A stretch of DNA of 64,000 nt, from NCBI GenBank assembly GCA_965263455.1, contig CBDHHN010000004.1, positions 383,174 to 447,173 on the forward strand, written 5' to 3'. Under the pieces are notes generated by a model that searched no databases, was not told the DNA's origin, and saw only the letters and a list, made by a program, of their open reading frames with translations. Source of the DNA: Acidimicrobiales bacterium (GTDB lineage: Bacteria; Actinomycetota; Acidimicrobiia; Acidimicrobiales; SZUA-35). Both the position numbers and the translations under genes were made by a program. Positions within the stretch are counted from its first letter, which is position 1, and the number at the start of each line of letters is the position of its first letter. Positions 33,756-46,350 of the stretch are shown in pieces.

Positions 33756-33996
33756 CGGTCGCCGTCACCCGTGACACTGCTTGAACTTCTTGCCACTCCC
33801 GCAGGGGCAGGGAGCGTTGCGCGGGGTCTTGTCCCAGTCGTCCTTGACCACCGTCCGGCTGGCCTTGGGCTGCTCCTCGGCCTCGGGCCCGGCCGAGGCC
33901 GAGGGATCGGTCTTGGAGGTCGTGAGGTCCTCGCTGCGGACGGTGGGGTTCACCAGTCGTCCGGTGGTCGAGACCGGAGCCGGCGCGGTGGCCGCC

Positions 33997-36593
<2,597 letters not shown>

Positions 36594-36597
<4 letters not shown>

Positions 36598-37292
36598 GGG
36601 ACTTCCAGTCTACGGGAACGCCCCGGCGTGCAGGCTCCGCCGGCCCGAACCCCGGCGTCCACCACCGCCAGGGCGGCGGCGTCGACCCGGACCGCACCCG
36701 CCCGGCGCAGGGCAACCGAGGCCGCCGCCATCGAGGCGCCAGTGGTCACCACGTCGTCGACGAGCAGGCAGTGCGAGGGGGGTCTCGACCGGGCCCGGAG
36801 TCGAGGACCGGCCAGTCGTGCGGCCCGGCCCCGGTCCGCCCCTCCCCCGCCGTCGGCTCGGACCAGCAGCGGCCGGGCCGGGACCCCCAACCTCGCCGCC
36901 ACGGCCCGCGCCAGCAGCCGCCCCTGGTCATAGCCTCGCCGGCGACGGCCCCGACCGCTGGCCGGAACCCAGATCACCATCTCGGGCCGGGAGAGCCCGT
37001 CCCCGGATGCGAGCGGGGGCCGCGATCGACCGCCGGGGACGAACTGCGCCGTGAGCTGGTGGGCCAGGTCGGGGGCGAGGTCGCCCCGGGCCCCGTTCTT
37101 CAGGGCCAGGATCACCGATCGGGCCTCCGGCCCGTAGGCCCACAGGGCCCGCAACCGGTCGACGCCGCAGTCCACCCGCAGCCCGCGCAGCCGGGCCGGG
37201 GCGGGACGCTTGGCGACCAGCTCGGCCGCACAGGTCGGGCAGACGGCCCGGTCGACCCGGCCACAAACGGGACACCGACGCGGGAAGAACAT
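36594..37292 (-). CDS. ComF family phosphoribosyltransferase-domain protein
   Basis: ORF 36594..37322 trimmed to MFFPRRCPVCGRVDRAVCPTCAAEL (double CxxC). PRTase motif CLLVDDVVTTGASM. The stop overlaps the secA start (ATGA). Confidence 0.8.
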
Positions 37293-37373
37293 GGTTCCGA
37301 ACCTAGACAGGCCCGGTGACACCGGACCCGGGCCCCGGCGGGGGCGCAGGGGCCCGGCCCCGGTCGGCGCGGC

Positions 37374-38846
37374 TCAGTACCGGTAATGGTCGGGCTTGTA
37401 CGGCCCGTCCACGGGAACACCGATGTAGTCGGCCTGCTCCTGGCTGAGGGTGGTGAGCCGGACCCCGAGGGCGTCGAGGTGGAGCCGGGCCACCTTCTCG
37501 TCCAGGACCTTGGGCAGGGTGACCACGTCCAGCCCGTAGGCCTCGGCGTTGGCGTGGAGCTCGATCTGGGCCAGGACCTGGTTGGTGAAGCTGGCCGACA
37601 TGACGAAGCTGGGGTGGCCGGTGGCGTTGCCCAGGTTCAACAGCCGACCCTCGCTCAACACGATGATGGAGTGGCCGTCCGGGAACCGGAACTCGTCGAC
37701 CTGGGGCTTGATGTTGATGCGCTGGATGTCGCTCTGGCGCTGCAGGCCGGCCATGTCGATCTCGTTGTCGAAGTGACCGATGTTGCCGACGATGGCGCCC
37801 TGCTTCATCCGCTCCATCATCTCGGCCGAGAGGATGTCCTTGTTGCCGGTGGCGGTGATGAAGATGTCGGCGGTGCCGAGGACGCGCTCGATGGTCGTGA
37901 CCTCGTAGCCGTCCATGGCGGCCTGGAGGGCGCAGATGGGGTCGATCTCGGTGATGACGACCCGGGCGCCTTGCCCCCGGAGGGCCTCGGCGCAGCCCTT
38001 GCCCACGTCGCCGTAGCCGAACACGACGCAGGTCTTGCCCCCGATCATGACGTCGGTACCACGGTTGATGCCGTCGAGCAGGCTGTGTCGCGTGCCGTAC
38101 TTGTTGTCGAACTTGGACTTGGTGACGGCGTCGTTGACGTTGATGGCCGGGAACTTGAGGGTCCCGTCATCCTTCATCTCATAGAGGCGGTGGACGCCGG
38201 TCGTCGTCTCCTCCGAGACGCCGCGGATCTTGTCGGCCATTCGCGTGAACAGGCCGTTGTCCTCGGTGTGGAGCTTCTTCAGCAGGTCGATGATGACCTG
38301 CCACTCGTCGGGGTCGTCGTCGGTGGCGTCGGGCACGACCCCGGCCGCCTCGTACTCGGCGCCCTTGTGGACCAGGAGGGTGGCGTCACCCCCGTCGTCG
38401 AGGATGAGGTTCGGCCCCTCCTCGCTGTCGGGCCAACGCAGGACCTGCTCGGTGCACCACCAGTACTCCTCGAGCGTCTCGCCCTTCCAGGCGTAGACGG
38501 GCACACCTTCGGGGTGCTCGGTGGTCCCGTTGGGGCCGACCACGACGGCGGCCGCCGCCTCGTCCTGAGTGGAGAAGATGTTGCAGCTGGCCCACCGGAC
38601 CTGGGCCCCGAGGGCGGTCAGGGTCTCGATCAGCACCGCGGTCTGGACCGTCATGTGGAGGCTGCCGGTGATGCGGGCGCCGGCCAAGGGCTGGCTGTCG
38701 TAGAACTCGGCCCGCAGGGCCATGAGACCGGGCATCTCGTGCTCGGCCAACTCGATCTGCTTGCGACCCATGCCGGCCAGGGCCAGGTCGGCGACCTTGA
38801 AGTCGCCGTCGGCCAGGGTGCGGGGACGGTTCTCGGTGACGGTCAT
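37374..38846 (-). CDS. ahcY: adenosylhomocysteinase
   Basis: Shows [62 protein letters not shown] and a C-terminal KPDHYRY. GGGAG RBS. Confidence 0.95.
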   Translation of the reverse strand: MTVTENRPRTLADGDFKVADLALAGMGRKQIELAEHEMPGLMALRAEFYDSQPLAGARITGSLHMTVQTAVLIETLTALGAQVRWASCNIFSTQDEAAAAVVVGPNGTTEHPEGVPVYAWKGETLEEYWWCTEQVLRWPDSEEGPNLILDDGGDATLLVHKGAEYEAAGVVPDATDDDPDEWQVIIDLLKKLHTEDNGLFTRMADKIRGVSEETTTGVHRLYEMKDDGTLKFPAINVNDAVTKSKFDNKYGTRHSLLDGINRGTDVMIGGKTCVVFGYGDVGKGCAEALRGQGARVVITEIDPICALQAAMDGYEVTTIERVLGTADIFITATGNKDILSAEMMERMKQGAIVGNIGHFDNEIDMAGLQRQSDIQRINIKPQVDEFRFPDGHSIIVLSEGRLLNLGNATGHPSFVMSASFTNQVLAQIELHANAEAYGLDVVTLPKVLDEKVARLHLDALGVRLTTLSQEQADYIGVPVDGPYKPDHYRY

Positions 38847-39003
38847 GGCTTGCTCCCTACGTGTCGCGTGATGTTGGGAGGGCTGAGGCCACCTGGCCCG
38901 GATCAGAACAGCCCGACTGGTCGATGCGGGCCAACCCTACCGGCCCCGGCCCGACCCCGGGCGGAGCCGAGGCGGCGGTTCAGGCCGGCGCTCGGCCGGA
39001 GGT

Positions 39004-39243
39004 TCAGCCGGCCTCGAACGTGGGACCGATGCCGGACGACTCGGCCAGGGCCATCAGGCGATCGTGCTCCTCGTCGGAGACCTGCTCGGCCTCGTCGATG
39101 AGCATGACGGGGATGTCGTCCTCGATGCGGTATCGCCGGTGCAACCGGTCGTTGTAGAGGGCGTCCTCGGCCTCGAAGTAGTACAGCGGCCCCTTGTCCT
39201 CGGGGCAGGCCAGGATCTCAAGCAGTTTGGGGTCGAGGGCCAC
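39004..39243 (-). CDS. Trm112 family small zinc-ribbon-like protein
   Basis: MALDPKLLEILACPEDKGPL...YRIEDDIPVMLIDEA is the Trm112/YbaR pattern. Confidence 0.8.
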   Translation of the reverse strand: MALDPKLLEILACPEDKGPLYYFEAEDALYNDRLHRRYRIEDDIPVMLIDEAEQVSDEEHDRLMALAESSGIGPTFEAG

Positions 39244-39296
39244 GACGATCTCCTCCGTACCGGCCGACGTTCAGGGTGACGAGGCTACCGTCACCG

Positions 39297-40529
39297 TCAG
39301 CCTCCGGTACTCGGAGGGCGTGGGCCCACCCCGGCCCGCCAGGCGGTGGCCCCGGCCTCCACCGTGAGCCGGTAGGCCCCGTCGGCGGCCGAGGCCAGAC
39401 CGGCCCGCCCCTGAGCCACCTCCAGGCGTTTCGAGCCGTCGATGGCCTCCATCACGGCCCGGCCCTCGGTCACCAGCACGATCTCGGGGCCCTCGGGCTC
39501 GACCACGGTCTCCTGCGCTTCGACCCGGGCCTGGTGGCGGTGGAGGGCGAACTCGGGCACGGGGGCAGAGAACCGGTGAACGCCGGGCCCGGCGGTCTCG
39601 ATCGGCGGGGGTCCGGGGGCGGTGTCGACCACGGTCAGCAGTTCGTCCACATCGATGTGCTTGACGGTGAGGCCGCCCCGGATGACGTTGTCGCTGTTGG
39701 CCATCAACTCGACACCGGCTCCCCGCAGATAGGCGTGGAGATTCCCCGCGGGCAGGAACATGGCCTGGCCCGGGGCCAGGGACACGTGGTTGAGCAGGAG
39801 CGACACCGCCACCCCGATGTCGCCGGGGTGGAAGTGGTCGAGGTCGGCCAGCCATGCCACCTCGCCCCCACCGACCGCCGGGGTGGACCTGGCCGCCGGC
39901 ACCAGGGTCGCCACCAGCTGTCGGGCCCGATCGGGATCCAGCCCGAGCAACCAGGCCAGGGTTCGGCGGAGCCGTATCGCCTCGTCGGCGATGGCGGGGT
40001 CGGTCAGCAGGTCGACCCAGTGGTCGAGGTCGGCCCGGCCCGGCCCGGAATCCGGGGTCAGGCTCCGGACGACGGTGGCCGTGGCCTCCGGGGCCCGGAA
40101 TCCGCACTTGGCCTCGAACGGGGTGAGGGCCACGATCAGTTCCGGCTTGTGGTTGTCGTCCCGATAGGTCCGGCGTGGGTCGTCTCGGACCGGACCGTCC
40201 CGTTCCTCCCGGGCGAACCCGGCGCGGGCCTGGTCCCGGCTGGGATGGGCCTGGATCGAGAGCGGCTCGGCCGCGGCCAGGACCTTGAGCAGGTAGGGGA
40301 ACCGACCGAACCGCTCGGCCACCGCCGGGCCCAGGACGGCGGCCGGGTCCTGGGCCACGACCTCGTCGAGCGACCGCCCGCCGGTGGCCAACCGGGACGG
40401 GGCGACCGGGTGGGCCCCGAACCACAACTCGGCCTCGGGCCCGCCGTCCGCCACCCGTCCCTGGAGGTCGGCGATGACGTCGGTCGCCCCCCAGGCGTAG
40501 CGCTGGACGGCACCGTCGAGTAGGTCCAT
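39297..40529 (-). CDS. manA: mannose-6-phosphate isomerase, class I
   Basis: Shows VQRYAWGA, ELWFGAHP, FPYLLKVLAAAEPLSIQAHP, YRDDNHKPE and PGQAMFLPAGNLHAY. Confidence 0.88.
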   Translation of the reverse strand: MDLLDGAVQRYAWGATDVIADLQGRVADGGPEAELWFGAHPVAPSRLATGGRSLDEVVAQDPAAVLGPAVAERFGRFPYLLKVLAAAEPLSIQAHPSRDQARAGFAREERDGPVRDDPRRTYRDDNHKPELIVALTPFEAKCGFRAPEATATVVRSLTPDSGPGRADLDHWVDLLTDPAIADEAIRLRRTLAWLLGLDPDRARQLVATLVPAARSTPAVGGGEVAWLADLDHFHPGDIGVAVSLLLNHVSLAPGQAMFLPAGNLHAYLRGAGVELMANSDNVIRGGLTVKHIDVDELLTVVDTAPGPPPIETAGPGVHRFSAPVPEFALHRHQARVEAQETVVEPEGPEIVLVTEGRAVMEAIDGSKRLEVAQGRAGLASAADGAYRLTVEAGATAWRAGVGPRPPSTGG

Positions 40530-40573
40530 TCGGGTGCCTCCGCAACCGATCGGCGGGATGGGTTGGGTCTACC

Positions 40574-41776
40574 CTAGCCGTCGGCCCCGAGCGGGCCGGG
40601 ACCCTCGTCGGCCGGAGCGGCCACCGCGTGGAGGATCCGAGCCTGCTCCGGCGTGGGGCGGTAGCGACCGGCGCCCGCCCACCGCCGGATTCGGAACAGG
40701 TCGGTGATGACGTCGACGCTGTCGCCGACGAGGCGGACCGACGAGCCGGCCCGGTTGGTGACGGCCACCGGCACCTCGATGAGGGAGAGCCGGTCCTGTT
40801 CGGCCATGAGGAAGATCTCGACGTCGAAGGCGAACCCGTCGATGCGGGTGCGCTCGAACAGCACCTTGCCCACATCGCCCCGAAAGCCCTTGAGACCGCA
40901 CTGGGTGTCGTGGAACTGGCCGAGCAGGACGACGTGGGTCAACAGGTTGATCACCCGCCCGCCCAGTTCGCGGATGCGGCGGGCGCGGACGAGGGTGTTC
41001 GTGTCGTCGTGGCGGCGACTGCCGACCACCACGTCCCACCCCTCCTCGACCCGCTCCATGACGTCGAGGACGAGGCTTGGGGCGTAGGCCAGGTCGGCGT
41101 CGGTGAAGACGACGGTCCGGCCCTGGGCCGCGAGCACCCCGGCCCGGACGGCGGCCCCTTTGCCCCGGTTCCGGTCCTGGACGACGACCCGGGCCCCGGC
41201 CTCGGCCGCCCGGGCCGCGGTGTCGTCGGGTGAGCCGTCGTCGACCACCACGATCTCGTGGTCGTGGCCCAGCGCCGCTTCCAGCGCGGCCCGCAGCGAG
41301 GAGACGGTGTCGCCGATCAGGTCCTGCTCGGCGTAGGCCGGCACCACCACGGTGAGGCGGAGGGGCTCGGAGGGGGCCGGGCGCTCGCGCCGTTGGGCCA
41401 ACTCCCGCCGCACCTGGTTGAAGAGAATCCGCCGGTAGGCCATCCACCGGAGGGTGGCCGCGGCCAACACCGCCACCAGCTTGGCCACCACCACCGGGAG
41501 GCCGAGCCCGTCGAGGAGGACGAGCACGGCCACGTCGACCGCCCCCGCGACCACCGCCGTCGCCGCGAACCACAGCGGTCGACGGACCCACCGGGCCTCG
41601 GGGTCGGACCGGAACGTCAGGTTCCGGTTGGCCAGGTAGGCGACCCCCGCCGCCACCGACAGGGCCAGGATGTCGGCCGCCACCAGGTTCAGGCCCTGCA
41701 ACGCCAACAGGATGCCGACGTCGACGGCCGTCGCCGCCAGACCGACGAGGACGAAGAGCCGGAGCCGGCGCCTCAC
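40574..41776 (-). CDS. GtrA-like membrane domain fused to a GT2 polyprenyl-phosphate sugar synthase-like glycosyltransferase
   Basis: N-terminal helices with FVLVGLAATAVDVGILLAL...AYLANRNLTFR (GtrA-like). Then LTVVVPAYAEQD, IVVVDDGSPDDT, NRGKGAAVRAG and FTDADLAY (Dpm1/PpgS-like GT2). The GTG start overlaps the upstream stop (GTGA). Confidence 0.85.
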   Translation of the reverse strand: MRRRLRLFVLVGLAATAVDVGILLALQGLNLVAADILALSVAAGVAYLANRNLTFRSDPEARWVRRPLWFAATAVVAGAVDVAVLVLLDGLGLPVVVAKLVAVLAAATLRWMAYRRILFNQVRRELAQRRERPAPSEPLRLTVVVPAYAEQDLIGDTVSSLRAALEAALGHDHEIVVVDDGSPDDTAARAAEAGARVVVQDRNRGKGAAVRAGVLAAQGRTVVFTDADLAYAPSLVLDVMERVEEGWDVVVGSRRHDDTNTLVRARRIRELGGRVINLLTHVVLLGQFHDTQCGLKGFRGDVGKVLFERTRIDGFAFDVEIFLMAEQDRLSLIEVPVAVTNRAGSSVRLVGDSVDVITDLFRIRRWAGAGRYRPTPEQARILHAVAAPADEGPGPLGADG

Positions 41777-44700
41777 CGCGTCGGATCGGGGTGGCCTGAA
41801 GGTTCGGGGTCGCCCGCCTCCCGCCGTCCGCCGTCGTCCGTGTCGGGCTCGAACATCACGAACATGGGGTCGTCTTCGCCCCCGTCGCCGTGCTCGGCCT
41901 CGACTTCGCCGTCATCCCCGCCATCCAACTCGCCCCCGGGCCCGGGTTTCAACTCGTCATCGGGGTCGTGACCGACGTCGGACCCGGGATCGGCGTCGAC
42001 GCCGAGGTCGGCCGGGGCGACGCCGGTCGCCGTCGCCGCGTCGAGGACGGCCGGATCGTCGAGGTGCAGGTCGTCGGATGCGAGGGTGTCGGCGGCGAGG
42101 GTGTCGCGGGCGAGAGTGTCGACGGCGGGGGTGTCGAGAGCGGGTTCGGAGGCCCGGATCGGTGCCGGCACCGGCACGTCATCGGCGGCCGCCGTCACCT
42201 CGTCGGGTCGGGCGTCGGCGTCGACCGCCTCCTCGGCCAGCCAACCGCTCAGCTCGCCGTCGTCGAAGCCGGCGACCGAGGCCAACTCTCCGTCGGCCAC
42301 CGGATCGAGGGATCGGCGACGGGCGAGGAGGGTGCCCCCGGTCCGGTCCAGGGCGCCGAGCCCTACGAGGCCGGCCAGGCCGACGGCGGTGACGAGGATG
42401 CCCAGCCAGTCGACACCGGTCCGGCCGTAGGTCAGTTCCACCTCGTTGGCCGTGGGCACCACGACCATCAGGTTGGGGCCGGCCCGGTAGGGCCCGTCGG
42501 CACCCGACGCCTGCCAGTTGGGGAAGAACGAGGTCTTGACCAGGACCGGGGCCCCGACCTCGTCCACCCGGAACGAGATCGACGAGGTGTCGGCCACCAC
42601 GTCGGAGACCGTGACCGGAGCCAGCGCCTGCTCCCCGTCGGGCGGGAGGTCGACCTGTCGGGGCCACTCCCCGGGACCATCCTCGGCCGGGAGGGCGTCG
42701 AAGGCGGCCGGATCGTTGTAGTAGTCGACGGCCTGACTCAACCAGCCGATGTCGAACCGGTTGGCCTCGGGGCCGGCCTGGAGTTCGTCCCGCCCGCTGA
42801 CCACGACGGGGGCGTAGGGCAGGGCCTCGACCAATTGGGACCCGGCCACCTCGAACACCACGAACGGCTGAGCCTCGGCCACCTCGGTCAGGTCGGGGTT
42901 CAGCCGGGCGGCGGCGATCGACTCGTCGGTCTGGGCCATGTAGTAACGGACCCCCATGACCTGGAGCTGCGCAACCCCGCGTTCGATGTCGTAGCCGAGG
43001 TAGGGCAGATCACGCTGGGCCCGGGACGGCGCCTGGGACAACACGCTCTGGTTGAGGAAATGGAACGGGGTGGTGGACGAGGACTCGAAGTAGAGGCCCT
43101 CCATCGACCCGATGCACCCGTCGGTCCAGTGGGGCAACAACATCAGGGCCATCGGCGTGCCGTAGCGGTCGAGATCGGAGCTGTACTCCCACATGGCCCG
43201 CCCGCAGCCCACGTCGTCGCCGACCTCGGTCATCGACATGACCACGCTGCGGTACTCCCGGTAGGAGTCCTTGCGCTCGTAGCCCGAGTAGTTCCAGGCC
43301 GTCCAGCTGGGGATGAAGCTCCGGGCCTGGTTGGTGAAGGCCAGCCACTGGTAGCTCCCGTCGGCCTGGGTCTGCCCGAAGGGCAGGACCCGCAGCGGCA
43401 TGCCCACCGCCACCAGACCGGCCATCAGGCCGACCAGGGCGGCGCCGGCGGTGACCCGCTGGTCGGGCCGGTCGAAGTCCTCGGAGATGGCGATGGCGGC
43501 GAAACGGATCACCAGTGCCGCTCCCACCGCCGCCACCAGATACACCGAGAGGTAGTAGAACGGGAGCAGCCGGGCGTTCCACAGCGCCGACTCGGGGAGG
43601 TTGGCCACGGCGGCGGCGAACACCAGGCCGCAGATGGCGAAGAGCTGGCCGATCCGTTCCCGCTGGGCCATCGACAACACGAAGCCGACGGCGGCCACCG
43701 GGAGGGCCACCGTCATCGGCACCGTGAGCAGGGCGGGGCCGACCTCATCGAGCCGTTCCCATCCCATGTCGTTGAAGTAGGGCTCACGGAGGTAGAAGGG
43801 CAACAGCCAGAACGCCGACAGCAGGGCGGCCACCGGGCCGGTGACGGCCAGCCACCAGAATCGACTCCGGACCGCCGGTTCGGCCACCACCACTGCGCCC
43901 AGGGTGATGACGGCCGCGGCCACGGCCAGTGCGGTGACCCCGAAGTCGGTGCCCTCGGCCAGCGCCACCGGGATGAGGATGAGGGCCACCCCGAACGCCG
44001 GCGGCCACAGCCGAGGGGTCGACGGGGACAGCACGATGAGCACGAACAGGGCGGTGACGGCGAAGAACACCGGGATCACGTGGGTCAGGGCGACGAGGGC
44101 GATGATCAGGGCCGCCAACACCCGACCCCGGCCACCGTCCATGCCCCGGACGGCAACACCCAGGGCCAGCAGGGTCAAGCTGAGCGAGATGGAGAAGGCG
44201 AACTCACCGGCCAGGGTGCTGGCGATGTTGCCGCCGTAGATCGAGAAGTTGGTGTCGAACAGGAAGAACAGCGAGGCGACGGCCAGAAACGGCGGCACCG
44301 GCTCGGGGGCCCGGGCCAGTCGGCCCATGCCCCACGCGGCCAGGGGGAAGCCGATCAGACCGCTGACGCTCACCAGCTTGAAGGCGATGCCGTAGGGCAC
44401 CGGCACGATCAGCACCGCGACCAGCGCCGCCGCCGCCACCCACCAGCCGGTCCGCCCCCACCGGAGCCCGGCGGCCACGGCCGCTCCCAGCGCCAGGGCC
44501 GCCACCGGTACGGCGACGACGAGGGAGGGCAGGCCGGCGTTCAGCCCGACGATGGCCAGGGAGGGCACCACCATGTAGAAGTGGAAGGCGGGGAACCCGG
44601 CGTACCAGTCGGGCGTCCAGCCCGAGAGCCGACCGGCCGGGAGCAGGTGGTCCCGCAGAAATGCAGGAGCCCAGACGTGGGCGCCCATGTCGCCGCCGGA

Positions 44701-44886
44701 AGGCGTGGTGTCGGCGAACAACAGGTCGGGTCGCAGCTGGATGAACACGAAGATGCCGCAGGCCAGGGCAACGACCAAGCCGATCACGGTCGACAGGTCC
44801 CAGCCCGAAGCGTCCTGCGCGGGTTCCTCGGGGTCGGGCACGGTCGCCGCCGCGACGTCATCGAGCCGGTGCGTCTGCGTGCTCAC
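41773..44886 (-). CDS. 1037-aa polytopic membrane protein with a large extracytoplasmic domain and an acidic repeat tail; candidate glycosyltransferase-C-like enzyme
   Basis: The N-terminal roughly half is a chain of hydrophobic helices with an early motif TPSGGDMGAHVWAPAFLRDHLL...GWTPDWYAGFP. A soluble region follows, then one more helix (WLGILVTAVGLAGLVGLGAL) and a tail DTPAVDTLARDTLAADTLASDDLHLDD...GGDDGEVEAEHGDGGEDD. Confidence 0.7.
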   Translation of the reverse strand: MSTQTHRLDDVAAATVPDPEEPAQDASGWDLSTVIGLVVALACGIFVFIQLRPDLLFADTTPSGGDMGAHVWAPAFLRDHLLPAGRLSGWTPDWYAGFPAFHFYMVVPSLAIVGLNAGLPSLVVAVPVAALALGAAVAAGLRWGRTGWWVAAAALVAVLIVPVPYGIAFKLVSVSGLIGFPLAAWGMGRLARAPEPVPPFLAVASLFFLFDTNFSIYGGNIASTLAGEFAFSISLSLTLLALGVAVRGMDGGRGRVLAALIIALVALTHVIPVFFAVTALFVLIVLSPSTPRLWPPAFGVALILIPVALAEGTDFGVTALAVAAAVITLGAVVVAEPAVRSRFWWLAVTGPVAALLSAFWLLPFYLREPYFNDMGWERLDEVGPALLTVPMTVALPVAAVGFVLSMAQRERIGQLFAICGLVFAAAVANLPESALWNARLLPFYYLSVYLVAAVGAALVIRFAAIAISEDFDRPDQRVTAGAALVGLMAGLVAVGMPLRVLPFGQTQADGSYQWLAFTNQARSFIPSWTAWNYSGYERKDSYREYRSVVMSMTEVGDDVGCGRAMWEYSSDLDRYGTPMALMLLPHWTDGCIGSMEGLYFESSSTTPFHFLNQSVLSQAPSRAQRDLPYLGYDIERGVAQLQVMGVRYYMAQTDESIAAARLNPDLTEVAEAQPFVVFEVAGSQLVEALPYAPVVVSGRDELQAGPEANRFDIGWLSQAVDYYNDPAAFDALPAEDGPGEWPRQVDLPPDGEQALAPVTVSDVVADTSSISFRVDEVGAPVLVKTSFFPNWQASGADGPYRAGPNLMVVVPTANEVELTYGRTGVDWLGILVTAVGLAGLVGLGALDRTGGTLLARRRSLDPVADGELASVAGFDDGELSGWLAEEAVDADARPDEVTAAADDVPVPAPIRASEPALDTPAVDTLARDTLAADTLASDDLHLDDPAVLDAATATGVAPADLGVDADPGSDVGHDPDDELKPGPGGELDGGDDGEVEAEHGDGGEDDPMFVMFEPDTDDGGRREAGDPEPSGHPDPTR

Positions 44887-44914
44887 CGGCTTCAGACTAT
44901 TGACTCAGCGCCCT

Positions 44915-45151
44915 TCAGCGGCGTCGGCCGGCGTGTTCCCCCACTTCGGCCAGGGCCTGCTCCAGGTCGATGCGCTTCCCGGCGAGGTGCCAACGACGGG
45001 TGTCGCACTTCTGGCACGACTCCATGACCAGATCGCTTCGGTCCACCGTCATCCTGATGGTGACCAGTTCGATGTTGCACCGTTCGCAGCGCGACGGTGT
45101 CTCGGGCTGCGACGGTGTCGCCCCCGAATCCGACTGCTTGTTTTCCGCCAT
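44915..45151 (-). CDS. small zinc-ribbon protein (CxxC ... CxxC)
   Basis: 78 aa with CERCNIELV...SCQKCDTRRWHL. Heads the operon containing the 1037-aa membrane protein. The composition is not junk-like. Confidence 0.55.
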   Translation of the reverse strand: MAENKQSDSGATPSQPETPSRCERCNIELVTIRMTVDRSDLVMESCQKCDTRRWHLAGKRIDLEQALAEVGEHAGRRR

Positions 45152-45273
45152 GGTCCTCGCCTTGTCACCGGGGGACCGGGAGCCGCATCCGTACGGCCGA
45201 TCACACCCGCTGACGTGTCAATCGGCGCCGACGGGACGTTCGTGAGCATCTGACCCGAAAACGTGCGCCGAGG

Positions 45274-45346
45274 CCTCGTCCCAGTTCCTCGTCCCAGGTC
45301 CTCGCCCCAGGTCCTCGCTCCGGGGCATCGGTCCGGGGCATCGGCC
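45274..45346. repeat. intergenic tandem repeats: about 3.5 x 13-mer CCTCG(T/C)CCCAG(G/T)T, then 2 x GGGGCATCGG(T)CC
   Basis: Direct reading of cctcgtcccagttcctcgtcccaggtcctcgccccaggtcctcgctccggggcatcggtccggggcatcggcc. Confidence 0.85.
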
Positions 45347-45374
45347 GGCAGGCCGGGCCGTGCCCGGGCCGCGG

Positions 45375-46100
45375 TCAGAACAACGCCAGGGCGATGAGCG
45401 TGGTGCCGTTGAAGGCCATGTGCATGACGACCGAGGTCCCCAGGCGGCCGGTCCACAGAACCAGGCCCCCGGCCACCAGGGCGAACACGAAGATGCCGGG
45501 AACCACGATCCACCCGCTGGTGGCGTGGAACAGGGCGAACACGACCGAGGAGACCGCCAGCGCCGGCCACGGACCCAGGCGTCGTTGCAGAGACCGGAGG
45601 AACAGCCCCCGGTAGGCGTACTCCTCCACCACGGGGACCAGGCCGGCCACGGCGACGGCGAACAGCAGCCACGGCCCGAGGCCGTCGACGGCGTCGACCT
45701 GGGACCGAGCCGGGGCCTCGGGGTCGGTGTCCCAGACGAGGCCGATCCCGGCGTAGAGCACGGGGAGCAGCGCCAGGTTGGTGATCAGGGCGGCACCGAC
45801 CCCGAGGGGCACGTCGATCGGGGCCAACCCGACGCCGTAGTCGCCGATCGGGCTTCGACCCTTGGCCCGGGCCACCAGGACCGGCCCCAACACGAACCCG
45901 GCCCACAGTCCGAGACCGGCCACGACCAACTGCTCGGGCGGGTACGGGGCCTGCTCGGCGGTGACCACCCCTGCCGCCACCAGCATCGAGGCCCAGACCA
46001 CGGCCAGCAGATGGGCGCCCAGGATGACCAGGACGCCGTCGGCGATCCCCCACCGCACCTCGTGGTCGGGCACGACCGGAAGCGGGTGCAGCGTCCTCAT
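45375..46100 (-). CDS. CPBP family intramembrane glutamic endopeptidase (CAAX protease-like)
   Basis: Motifs PVVEEYAYRGLFLRSL and VVFALFH, later MHMAFN; multiple TM helices. Confidence 0.85.
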   Translation of the reverse strand: MRTLHPLPVVPDHEVRWGIADGVLVILGAHLLAVVWASMLVAAGVVTAEQAPYPPEQLVVAGLGLWAGFVLGPVLVARAKGRSPIGDYGVGLAPIDVPLGVGAALITNLALLPVLYAGIGLVWDTDPEAPARSQVDAVDGLGPWLLFAVAVAGLVPVVEEYAYRGLFLRSLQRRLGPWPALAVSSVVFALFHATSGWIVVPGIFVFALVAGGLVLWTGRLGTSVVMHMAFNGTTLIALALF

Positions 46101-46248
46101 CGGGGGCCAACGTACCGTATGGGGACGCGCTCACCTCGGGCCCGGGGCCGCCGACGGGACCGCCACGCCGACGGCGGCCGTCCGGTGATGGATGTCACCC
46201 TCGGTCGCCATCGCACCTGGAACAACGCCCTCACCGACCGGGTTGAAT

Positions 46249-46262
46249 GTTGACAAGTCAAC
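46249..46262. promoter_or_regulatory. perfect palindrome GTTGAC-AA-GTCAAC (contains TTGACA) about 90 bp upstream of ftsH
   Basis: Read directly. It lies in an AT-richer stretch, preceded by a GTTGA direct half-repeat. Confidence 0.25.
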
Positions 46263-46350
46263 TGTCGGGCCCGGTGAGGCGGGCCCGCCCGGGGACGGAG
46301 CCACACCGCCCGACCTCGGTACACCTCCCTCACGTAAGTAGGCTGGATAC

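Noticed and set aside
38847-39003. Possible SAH riboswitch in the ahcY 5' leader. SAH elements are known upstream of ahcY in some bacteria, and a GCCGAG...CTCGGC helix is present.
   Set aside because: The conserved SAH core strings (GAGGAGCGCUGC, CAGGCUCGG, and the pseudoknot tail AACGGCGCUC) are absent. Only a generic GC helix near the Trm112 stop is seen. A covariance-model scan would settle it.
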